DNA of 63,025 nucleotides from positions 1 through 63,025 of the forward strand of contig MQRK01246857.1 of the NCBI GenBank assembly GCA_001938485.1, written 5' to 3'. A program made the translations under genes and the position numbers. The DNA comes from Girardia tigrina (lineage: Eukaryota). Under the pieces are notes generated by a model, which ran no database searches, was not told the DNA's origin, and saw nothing but the letters and a program-made list of their open reading frames with translations. Below are positions 52,680-63,025 of the stretch, in pieces (the stretch's first letter is position 1; each line of letters opens with the position of its first letter).

Positions 52680-53400
52680 ACAAAAATTAATTTTGACGGT
52701 ATAACCGTAATCCTCAGGTCATAAAAAATATGAATTTAAAATCTGTCGATAGAGTCAAGCAGTGATTATGCAATCGACGAACAATTATGTAATCTAAACA
52801 CACACAATAAGGTTGTAGAGAGACCGTTCGTACAATAATCTTAAAATATATAACGATTTGATATGTACTTTACAGGACACTGCATCCAAATACCTTATTT
52901 TCCGGTAGATAACGCGCACCGTTATCTATACAAAAATGTTAAATTTTGCCAAAATATGAACTGTGAATCCTGTACTGGTGATAACGATGTATACATCTTA
53001 GGTACACCACCATGCCTGCTATGTGCGTTATCTATATTTAAAAAGGTATGCCAAAAAGTAAGAGCTGCGCGTTATACAATATGTGCACGTTATCTACCGG
53101 AAAATAAGGTAATTATACTTTAAAATAAACTTCAAAATTATTTATATTAATATTTTCATTTAATTTGCAAACTTTTCTGTGATCTGCATTATTACTTCCA
53201 CACATATTACTTCTATGTTCTTAGATTATCCTACAGAGATGACGAGACGTTTCTGCAATGCATGTGGCATTGCACTCACTACATGTAAATTGATATACGT
53301 GCTCCGAACATAATCAAAAGAAGGTTGTAAATTTATAACAAATTACAATTTGTATTTTATATGATTGCGATATTATTTTGAAATACTATTATTTTATTAT
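52680..53400 (-). mobile_element. Penelope family B relic with degenerate hammerhead (52683-52722)
   Basis: LCSEHVYQFTCSECNATCIAETSRHLCRII*EH matches the GIY-YIG at 62585-62989; shared gtgattatgcaatc; gac-CTGAGGA-T-tACGG(ttata)CCGTC-aAAA-TTAA-TT. Confidence 0.8.
52893..53109. mobile_element. Tc1/pogo-type MITE nested in the Penelope relic
   Basis: TA|ccttattttccggtagataacgcgcac ... gtgcacgttatctaccggaaaataagg|TA. Confidence 0.9.
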
Positions 53401-53649
53401 TTTGAAAAACATTATTTATTTATGCATTTTAAAATTGAACGTTTAAATTGATCAAAACTTTCGGAATTTGGAATATTGAGATGATTCTTTTATTTCATTT
53501 TTAATATCATTTTCACAGGGTTATTCAATTAAATATTAGCGTTTATAAATTTAATATTAGCGTTTTAAAATATATGTAGAAATGTACAGAATATATATTT
53601 AAATAAAATATAAAAGAATTACTAGAAAATCTAAATACATAAAAAATAT

Positions 53650-54720
53650 TAAAAAAAATTTCGTTTTGAATATACTTTATTTTCTATAAACTGTTCATTC
53701 ATTCTTCATTTTTTGAGCCAATTCCTCACATTTCTATAAAAACATTGGCACTGTACTGAAAAGTCATTCGTACCTGATAAAATTACATCTAAAGTTTTCA
53801 GGTTTGTGCAATGTGCTGATTCATCTTTCTGCGAGTATTACCTAGCTTTTATCATTGCAAAAAAATCTTCAATTGGATTTATTTGAGGAAAATAAGGAAC
53901 CAAAATTTTGTATGAGATATTTTGCGATGTTAAATATTGTTTCATGCTATTTGATTTGTAAAAATCCGCATTGTCCATGATAAGAATTTTACATGGATTA
54001 CGATTTAAATAGTCACCAAGTCCTTGATTTAAAAATTCAATGCAAGTTCTAGAATTATAAACACCATCGATTTATTTTTAAAATAATAAACCATTTACAC
54101 CAGGGGCGCACATCAGACTGCGATATACACATTTATTGGCCAGCACACTCATAAAGGCTTTAGTATTTTTGATGGAATAGCCGTTAGATCACTGTATGGG
54201 TGCGTTAAATCCCGTTTCATCTAGAAAAACCCGATTCTCATCGGAAAATCTCAAAAGATCCATTGGATTAATAGCTTGAGTATTAATTTTTCCGGTGAAT
54301 TTCTCTCGTTCTACTCGTTAGTCTTTTTGATAAACTTTCATAGTCGATAGTTTTCTGCTCATATATGACTGGGAAAGTTGCACTGAATGTAATTCATGAA
54401 TATTGTTACCTAGGTCTTTTTGAATTTGAACATTATTGAAGAAAATTAAGTTAAAAAGTGTTTGATCGACACCCGACAGTGTTTTACTTCGTATTCAGCA
54501 GGTTTTGATGCCTTTATCTGAATGAATCTTAAATTCACAACCTTTTTCATGATTTTGGATGTGTTTTCGAACTGTGTTTCTATCTAAATTTAAAAGTTTA
54601 GTGATAGATATTAAATTAATCATAAATTTCTTTTGTAACTGTTTTCCTTTCTTTTCTAGACATTAGCATAAGATTATTTGAAAAAATTATTTTCGTATAA
54701 AACGCAAATATTTAATTGAA
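53650..54720 (-). mobile_element. IS630/Tc1-like transposase relic
   Basis: FLDETGFN, MDNADFYKS, LVPYFPQINPIEDFF. Confidence 0.75.
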
Positions 54721-55026
54721 TAATCCTGTAATCTCATTTTTATTCAGTTTTTTGATTAATTTATTGATTGTTTCAACCGAAAAACTGATATATAAAATTT
54801 GTAGTCAGAAGACAAATTAATGAATGTATTTCTATAAATTTATAACTTAGTAAAAAAACTTCAAAATTATACATCAAATAATTATTTGTAAAATATTATA
54901 TATATATATATATATATNNNNNNNNNNNNNNNNNNNNNNNNNNNNNNNNNNNNNNNNNNNNNNNNNNNNNNNNNNNNNNNNNNNNNNNNNNNNNNNNNNN
55001 NNNNNNNNNNNNNNNNNNNNNNNNNN

Positions 55027-55062
<36 letters not shown>

Positions 55063-56095
55063 AATATAAGTGAAAGTAAGAAATACATAATAATTATAAT
55101 TCTTTTAGAAAATTATAAATATAAATGTAGATGAAAAGCGGCAACAGTTTTTAATACATATTCTTTTCTAACTTAAATACATTTCTTTAATAAATTTTTA
55201 TTTGATGTTATTATATTGATAATTATTTATAATGGATTTAACCATTTAGGCCGGACTAATTGTTGGTCTACTAATTTCGTTTTTGTTATAAACTTTGATT
55301 GAAAAAGAAATAAGATTAAAAAGAAAGAAGACGTCACAATTAAAGAAATATTACCCATGGCTTTATTAATAATAATATAAAATTGTTTTTTTTCCATTAA
55401 AAAAATTAGATTGAATTAAGAATGAATTAGAATGAAAGAATGAATTTTATATTAACTCCTTATTTATTTATTTTTTTTACAAATAATTTTTCAAAAATAT
55501 CTCTAGTAAAAAATTATATATAATTTATAGAAAATAATATCATGAAAAAATTAAATAATACTTAAAAAATAATTCTTGATATTTTTTTCAAATAAATAAT
55601 TTGAAATGTTATAATAAAAAAATAAATAAAAAATAAAATTAATCAGGAAAAACAATATTTTTTTAAGATTAGGCTTTATGATAAATTTGTAAATTTTCTT
55701 TACTAATGAATAAAAAACTTTTAAAAATGATATATTTTTAAATCGTTTTATTTGAAATAACTTTAAATTAAATAAAAATTGGAGTGATAATAATAGTATT
55801 AGATTAAGTTTAATATTCATATATTTTTTGGTAGATTTTTTTCTAAAATTAATAATAAATATTTATACAAAATTTTAGCTCACAAACTTTATTATCTTCC
55901 GAAATTTTTACTTATTACATCTTTGAAAAAATATTTTTAACTTAGAAGCCGATATTACAAGATCCATTATATCACTATAGTAAAAATAAGAAAAAATAAA
56001 ACTCAGTTAAGTGACAAACTTTAATAGAAAAACAAAACATTTGCATACTTCATAAACAGACCATTCACACGGTAAATAATTATTTGCTTGTCAAT

Positions 56096-56587
56096 TCAAT
56101 TATTGATTTTTTTATTTAAAATTATTTTCATTAATTCTAAAAGTTGAAAGACAACAGAACGTATATACGTCACGAATTCGTGGTTTTCCTTAATTACATT
56201 TAATAATTTCACAAGAACATCGCTTGCAATAACCATGACCGTCAGATATTGGTCATGTTCAAATAAAAACATTAATTCAGAAACGAATAATTCTACCAGA
56301 CTTTTGTCTTGTAAATGTATGACAGCCAATTGTTTAATTAACCAGCAAGCTTTGTTTATCATCAATTTTTCATACGACTTTAGTTCCGGAATCACTATTT
56401 CGACAATAAATAATTCAAGTGGTCGAGTGAAATGTTTTTTTTGTTTCAAAAATAATTCTGATAATGTTCTAATAACATTAAAATAGATACGTTTAGTACA
56501 GGGTGTGATTTCTTGACAACGAAACCTTTTGAGGATTAAATGAAATAAGGATTTGATATTTTTTTCGTCGGAACATATCACTGGCAC
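56096..56587 (-). pseudogene. Importin-7/8-like HEAT-repeat fragment (open frame)
   Basis: IRTLSELFLKQKKHFTRPLELFIVEIVIPELKSYEKLMINKACWLI...VMVIASDVL...YIRSVVFQLLELM aligns by eye with IPO7 [45 protein letters not shown]...VKVEAAIAL...FIRPVMQALLHII. Confidence 0.7.
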
Positions 56588-59500
56588 GTAGATTAAATTC
56601 CATTAATGTTGACAAATTAATTATTATCCTTTTGTTGTGTTTGACCGAAACGAAAGTGTAACGGTCAATACTTTACAAAAATACTTTACAACAATTACAA
56701 ACACGCCATAGACAATGAAGAAATAACTATGTACATCCAATAGAAATACAGAGAACAAGGTACACGCGTGTGAAAACATCAAACACAATCCGTTTGCTAA
56801 AATGAAGTATAACAATAGTATACGAGTTCTATATTTTTCCTATGAATGAAAATTAATAATCGAAGTAGCTAAGAATTCGAATCATTAATACAAATACGAA
56901 GCATCTATATTTAATAAAAAATATAGATTAATTGAAAAAAACCACTAATTATGACTAAAAATAATCAAAACGTTTTGTACAGTGTACAAGGAAAATTATC
57001 AAAAAAAACTTTGTTGAAGAAACAAAACGAAATTGTATCAAACAGCAACCTAAAAACTGAATATTTATCAATTAACCAAAGCTAGAAAAAATCATTAAGT
57101 AGTTTTAGCATCCTTGGTTCCTTGATCTATTTTACGATTGGTAGAAAGGTTCGTCAAGATTTCTTCCCAATCATAATCATCATCATCATCATCTACGTCT
57201 CCATCTTTACAATTATATATTATAGCCATAAAGAGTGTCGTTTCTCGTTCTCGTGTGATTCTTTCCAACAACATTGTATTGTTTCTTCCATCCTTTCTAT
57301 CTTCATGATTATGCTTGGCACTCAACACGAAATATAAATTAAAAACTTAATCGATTTAAGAGACTCTTTATAAATTCAATCTCTCGGTACCAATTTCTTA
57401 TCAACTAAAACAAACAGAACATTTTTAAAATTAATAAGTTTTACTTTTCTAACAAAAAATGTTTCTTAAAGTACAATTTTACTTTCTATTTTATCTTATT
57501 TTTTAAAATTCTAATATATATATATATATATATATATGTATACAAATGAATGATATTCGCCAACATTCAATGCGAACGGATCCTTTTTATCTGATCAGTA
57601 GTAACTTAAAGCAAAGAGATTTTTTATATTTGTTCTGAAAATCTCCAGCAATACCAGAATTAATTTGGTACTCATAAAGAGCTTTGCAAATCAGGTAAGA
57701 AGTTTTTTGTTTGATTTAATAATATCCAATCAAGTATATTACATACAATTCAAGAGTTTAGATTTTGATTTCTTAAGAATTTCTTGTCGACAACTTGTCT
57801 TTGAAGTAAATCTTTTAGGTGTATTTAAAGTTGTTTATGGATTCTCAAGAAGTTCAGATGCATTGCCTTTTAACAGTCTCAAAGAAAGTTTACATAGTTA
57901 ATAACTACTAGCCGCGCACTTGAGGATCCTCTTTTGTCAAAACGTAGTACTTGAAAAACAACTGAAGAGAATCATTTGAAAAAAACCGACCATAATTTAA
58001 AATCAGTTTTCATGTATAATTAAATAATGTTCATTAGCTTTTGATAACTACAGTACTGACAGTACTAGTGTAATCAGTTGTACTAGTTATATTAAGGTGC
58101 TATAACACAGTACACATAGTTGTAAATAGACCAAATTCTATAAACAGTTTGACATTTTAAACTTAATTTATTATTTTTTGAGATGAAGGATTTTTGGAGT
58201 ACCACAGAACATTATTAATAGCCAATGGAACTGAACTGTGACGTGTTTTAACTGAATTAAGCGACTCACTTGTTGAACCAATTTTTACCATATAAATTTA
58301 ACTAGTAAATCAAAAAAATCTTTATATCCATTCATTACGCAGACTTGAATATCTACTTAGTCAACAAATTTTTTATTACGAAAAAGAATTTCCAAAAAAA
58401 CAAAAAAATTGAATAATTCTGTTGGTCAAGCAGAGTTCTTCGAACCTATAAAGCATAGATAAAAAAATGTTTTTTGATTTACCAGCTAGACTTTAAATCG
58501 GTTTACTAGACTTTATTTATTTTGTTGTGTAATATAAACTACTTATAATTTATAAGTAGATCTTTTAATGCTAATATTGTTCAAGAACTGCGAAGGAATC
58601 GCTTTGTTCCAAATTATGATACCTTAAAAAGTTTTTTCATCAAAGTTTTACATTATCATTTATTGTCACCGAAAGTGAGTAAGTGTGCAAAGTTTGGAAA
58701 AAATTGTTAGGATAAAAAGCATTGAAAAATAGGATACATATAAGTATTTGTCTATATATAGAAAGCAAGCTAAAGAAAGGGAAAATAAAGTATTTTCTGT
58801 TTAATGTATTTTGAAAATTTCAAATTATGCTGAATTTTACACTGTAATAAAGTATTTATTTCTATTTTTATTTCTTTTTCTTTCTCAAATAATATATGTA
58901 TTATATATAACTCACGCGACATGTATATATTTATTTACGTAGCTAAATGCTTCCAAAAAAGTTTAGTTAATGCTAAAATGTTAACCAAAGTATTATTATT
59001 ATATGTGAGTATAATTTTTAATGCTTGTTAATGAGTAGATTGGATTTTTGTTGATTCAGTAGGAAATCATTTTGTTTTTTTCAGGTTTTATTGCAATGCA
59101 TCGATAAAATGGTGGAAATAACTATATAAATATTTCAAAAATATTATTTAAGGGTATATTTATTTATTTATTTATTCTTGTATTTTTCAAATGCAAAATA
59201 AATTTTTTCTTATGAAAATAATAAATATAACGTTAAAATTAACTGTTTAAGGTTTTATTAAATAAAATATTAAAAGTATAAATATGCAAAAAAAAATTTA
59301 AAATTGAACTTAATTGAAATTTTTTTTTAATTTTAATTTTTTAATTAGTTTTAGTTAAAGAAACGATTTGGTGTTGATGATCGAACGAAGATTTTTGTTT
59401 GGCTTGATTGACCTTGTTTACGAAAAATATAAATATTGACGAGTGTATTTTGGATTTTCAGTGAATAAATATTCTTGAAAAATTTTCATAGTTCTGACTA

Positions 59501-60384
59501 ATGAATTATATATTTTTCCGAACAAATCGTGAGGCCTTTCCTTTTTTATGAGAGCCATTCGAATTTTTGAGAGATTTGTTATTTTTTTAAAAAATCGAAT
59601 GGAATCGGAGTTTTTGGATGGGTTAAAGGAGTAGAGCGATCTTTAACTAGTGTTGAATACATCAAAGAAGAATGATTGCCTTTGCTCAGTTTCAAAGGTC
59701 AAATACAAACTTTACGTATTATATTAAATTTGAGACGCTGACTGCCACTGCAGCAAATGAATCCCTCTATTGATATTCGTTTTCTCTTTCTCTTGAATCT
59801 ACCTAGTATAAGGGGTTGCTTTTGAATGACATATTAATTGATTAATGTGATTTCTGATCCAGATTATCTCGGGGGAACTCATCTCGATGCGTTAGGGTAT
59901 CTCGAAACCCCCTTTAAAATTTAAGAGACGTCACTCATTTCAACAAATAAAATGATTTTATATAAAAGAAATATTTATTATAGAAAAAAAAGAAATATAT
60001 TTAAATTAAATTAAAATTATTAATTTAAAACATATATTAATCAAAATAAAAATATTTTTAAAACCAAAATAATTATTTTCTGCTAAACAAATGAAATTCA
60101 TTTTGAAATAAAAGTTTTATATAATTACTAAACTTTACGTCAAAGGATGTACTTTCCAAAGTGCCTCACAACTCCCACGGTCTAAAAATAAATCAAAAGA
60201 CCTGTTTGAAGAAGACCAATAAGGAAGTCAGCACTGTATTTCAGCACTATAAGTCAGAATGAGGAAACATTTATTGAGATCAAAATGCAATTTAAGAACG
60301 GATACATTTTTGCGACAAAGAAGTACATACAAAGGCTCTTTCCATAATCATAATTTTTCATGCAACCTATTCCATGACAATTAG

Positions 60385-60966
60385 TGAACTTCAAACAAAA
60401 TGCCCTTGCTAAGGGTATTTTCCATGTCTCACCTGAAGCAAAATGGAATCAGGTTAACATTCCTGAACTTGAATACAGACATTTTTTTATTTCGGTAACA
60501 CAAGCGATCTCAGAGACGTCATCGAATGGTTTCGGGAAGAGATCACTTTTCTTTGTATACGGACCATGTCAATAGAATCAGGTTATCTGGAGAAAGGGAT
60601 GGGAAATGTCAAAAGCTTTGTGGTTCTTGTGGTGTCCGAAGGGAGCAGTTATAAATTTTCGCAGGTCTTCAAGGTGAGCAGCCTATAGTCTTATAACAAT
60701 GTAGGTAAGGGAAATCGGCAAATTAGATCCGTAGCTTCGGTAAAAGGATTGACGCTAGGAACCGGGTATGATGAACTTTATTAAGAAGTTGGGGTGTTTT
60801 GATTCTGTTTCTTCGAAACTTGAGATGGAGTTGAAATGGAACTTTTTCGACTTGATTGATCGAGGGTTAGACAATGATTTACGAGATTTCGGATTCATGG
60901 TCGTCATCGTACAATTAACGGTAAACCTAGAACTGCATGGAATAGAGGAATCCGACTGTCTAATTG
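60385..60966 (+). pseudogene. 28S (LSU) rRNA fragment, D7-D8 region, decayed
   Basis: ggaatcaggttaacattcctgaac, cgggaagag..cttttctt, cgcaggtcttcaaggtgagcagcct, aatgtaggtaagggaaatcggcaaattagatccgtagcttcgg, ggaatccgactgtctaatt; internal deletions. Confidence 0.88.
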
Positions 60967-61239
60967 TTTTATATAATGTTTTATCAAATAATTAATTATT
61001 TTATTGTAGTAATTATTCTTTTAATTTTTAAACTTAATCATTTTACTTTTGAAGTTCATCATTGGTTGTAATTAGATAGAAACTTGGTTTTTTAACCAAA
61101 ACATTTGATAAATGTATACTTTTTGAAGTCAAAATAATAAATACAAATTTTTATTTAACCTATACATACTTATACACGAGAATTCAAATGAGAAAAATAT
61201 TTACTTGTAAATATTTTATATTGAAAAATATCAAGATCT

Positions 61240-62160
61240 AAACAAAAAATGCCCATAATTTTATTGATGCTGATATGGAAGTTCTGCCGCACATTTGGTT
61301 AGTTTTTTAAAGACACATCGAAAATAACCAGAACAATCATCTGGAGTAGTACTTTTAACCTCTTTTATTATCATGTCTTCAAGTATTCCCTTTTCTTCAA
61401 TACTCAAACTAATTCTGATCCTTTTTTTATTTTTGAGAATGCATTATCAGTTGGATCGAGCATGTAGGAATATGGAGACAAAAAATTGAAAAAAATATTA
61501 AACTGGTTCACTATTTCATGAATTTCTGTAGATTTATGTATCCTTGCATTATAATGGATCAAACATGTCCCTTCCAAATAAAGTTCATCTCTTAAAAAAC
61601 AGCTTATAAATATTCTTTGAAGATTATTGCATTAACAGTGGATGCTGAAACAGTTTTGCAACGCAGCATCCCAGAAAAGCTTTAACTTGCTAATAGTGAG
61701 AAGCTGCTCCCCTGAAAAGTCGGCATTATCAAGTTGGCTCTCTTGCCTTCCTTTAACTGAACTTCAGTTCTTGTAATATGTAGATTAAAATAACTTTCAT
61801 CAATAAAAACAAACTTGGAATAGTCATTTCAAAAAGTACTATTAAACCAAAGCGAATATGCTGTACGAATCAAAGTCTTTTCTGTTTTTCTATCTTCTCA
61901 GACTAATTTTTATAATAATTAAAAATTTATAAAATACGACTCCTACCAACTTTACCTTTGGGTTTGATTTTATATCTTGTTACTCTTACACTGTTTCGAT
62001 AATTTGTCTTCTGTAGATATGATTATGTATTAGTTTAAATGTTCTTACAATGTATGTTCCTTCATAGCATTTATATATTCCTTTTCAATATTTATGAATT
62101 GTAATGGTGTTTTGTGTCTATTTTTATGTAACCTTGGCATTTAATTCCTTTATCAGTCGT
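61240..62160 (-). mobile_element. IS630/Tc1-like transposase relic
   Basis: VFIDESYFNLH, YNARIHKS, FLSPYSYMLDPTDNAFSKIK. Confidence 0.7.
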
Positions 62161-62439
62161 TTAATGAAACCAAAACACAACATGCAAAAGAAATCAAACT
62201 CTTTATTCCTGGACAATCTCATTTAACATGTCTGAATATGTGATAGTGCCACGACTCATTTTTAGTGTGTTCTGATTTGTCTTTCTTCAGGAATAACATC
62301 GATACTCATTATTACTTTGATTTCCTTGATTTTAACCTACCTTCGACTTTACCCGTGCTCTACGTTTGAAAGCCTAATTTTTACCGCTTTTATAAAAAAT
62401 ATTTTACCTGACTTCTTATTTATATATGTCATCCATCTA

Positions 62440-63025
62440 TTAAAAAGTGAACGCCATTTTTCACAATTTATTTTCGTAATTAATTTCGGCGGATTATCCG
62501 CCATCTTCAAACTAAATTAACACTGGCTTTTTGCAGCTTATATATGAGAAAGGTGATTATGCAATCAATCATGTAATAAAGGCTCTATTTGAAAATGTTT
62601 AACAGAGAAGTTGAGTGTGAAGCTTGGATATTAATTTTTGGATCCATGAATCTTATTAAGAAGGCCTCACACGTTACTCTCTCCCAGTAATTTTTAAATC
62701 GATTACACAGAATTTTAAAATCATTTTCTCCGATTTTCTTTTTACATTTTAAATTATGTTCGGCAATATTGCTCCCATTATCCAACCGACTATGCTCTTT
62801 GATCCGTTTGCAGAGATGACGAAATGTCTCTCCAATGTATGTGGCGTTACACCCATTACATGTATATTTATAAACAAGATCGGAGCACAAACCGAGATGA
62901 GTGGGCGATTTATTACTGAACATATCACGAATTTTATATGATTGGGAAATAATTTTTAGATTCATGGTATTTGGGATCAAACTTTTCAAAATTGATGATT
63001 TTAAATGTTTAAAACCCTCTGAATA
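62440..63025 (-). mobile_element. Penelope-like retroelement 3' end (family B): GIY-YIG endonuclease and 3' UTR
   Basis: ORF 62585-62989 LVYKYTCNGCNATYIGETFRHLCKRIKEH...CEAFLIRFMDPKINIQ; runs off the window. Confidence 0.92.
62466..62516 (-). ncRNA. Minimal type I hammerhead motif, C3U variant
   Basis: tttagt-tTGAAGA-T-GGCGGA(taa)TCCGCC-GAAA-TTAA-TT|acgaaa then AATAAA, about 70 nt downstream of the GIY-YIG stop. Confidence 0.75.

Noticed and set aside
42011-63025. Upstream Ig-domain exons of the LAR-like gene
   Set aside because: No spliceable Ig-like exon recognised; a small exon could have been missed.
1-63025. CRISPR array, prokaryotic operon or intact tRNA/rRNA genes
   Set aside because: No repeat-spacer periodicity; spliceosomal introns and animal transposons show the DNA is eukaryotic; rRNA pieces are partial and decayed.

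Overview
AT-rich animal (metazoan) genomic DNA, mostly intronic. The only apparently intact host gene is on the minus strand: three GT-AG exons (41687-42010, 41482-41582, 11154-11346) that splice in frame into two fibronectin type III domains resembling FN3-1/FN3-2 of LAR-family (type IIa) receptor tyrosine phosphatases. A 30.1 kb intron splits FN3-2. The rest is a transposon graveyard: several mariners (some nested), Tc1/DD37E/IS630-like elements, an intron-containing piggyBac, hAT elements and MITEs, an internally deleted Ty3/gypsy element with both LTRs and TSD, and non-LTR relics. Two patterns are not explained by the ORF track. (1) Nine minimal type I hammerhead-ribozyme-like motifs belong to three Penelope-like retroelement families. 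The only two with intact cores are antisense to the host pre-mRNA, and every sense-strand copy has a core substitution. (2) Decayed pieces of unrelated housekeeping genes (NOB1, non-muscle myosin II, DHDDS, importin-7/8, 28S rRNA) are scattered through the window, some butted directly together. All protein-family calls come from manual translation and recalled motifs, not database searches.
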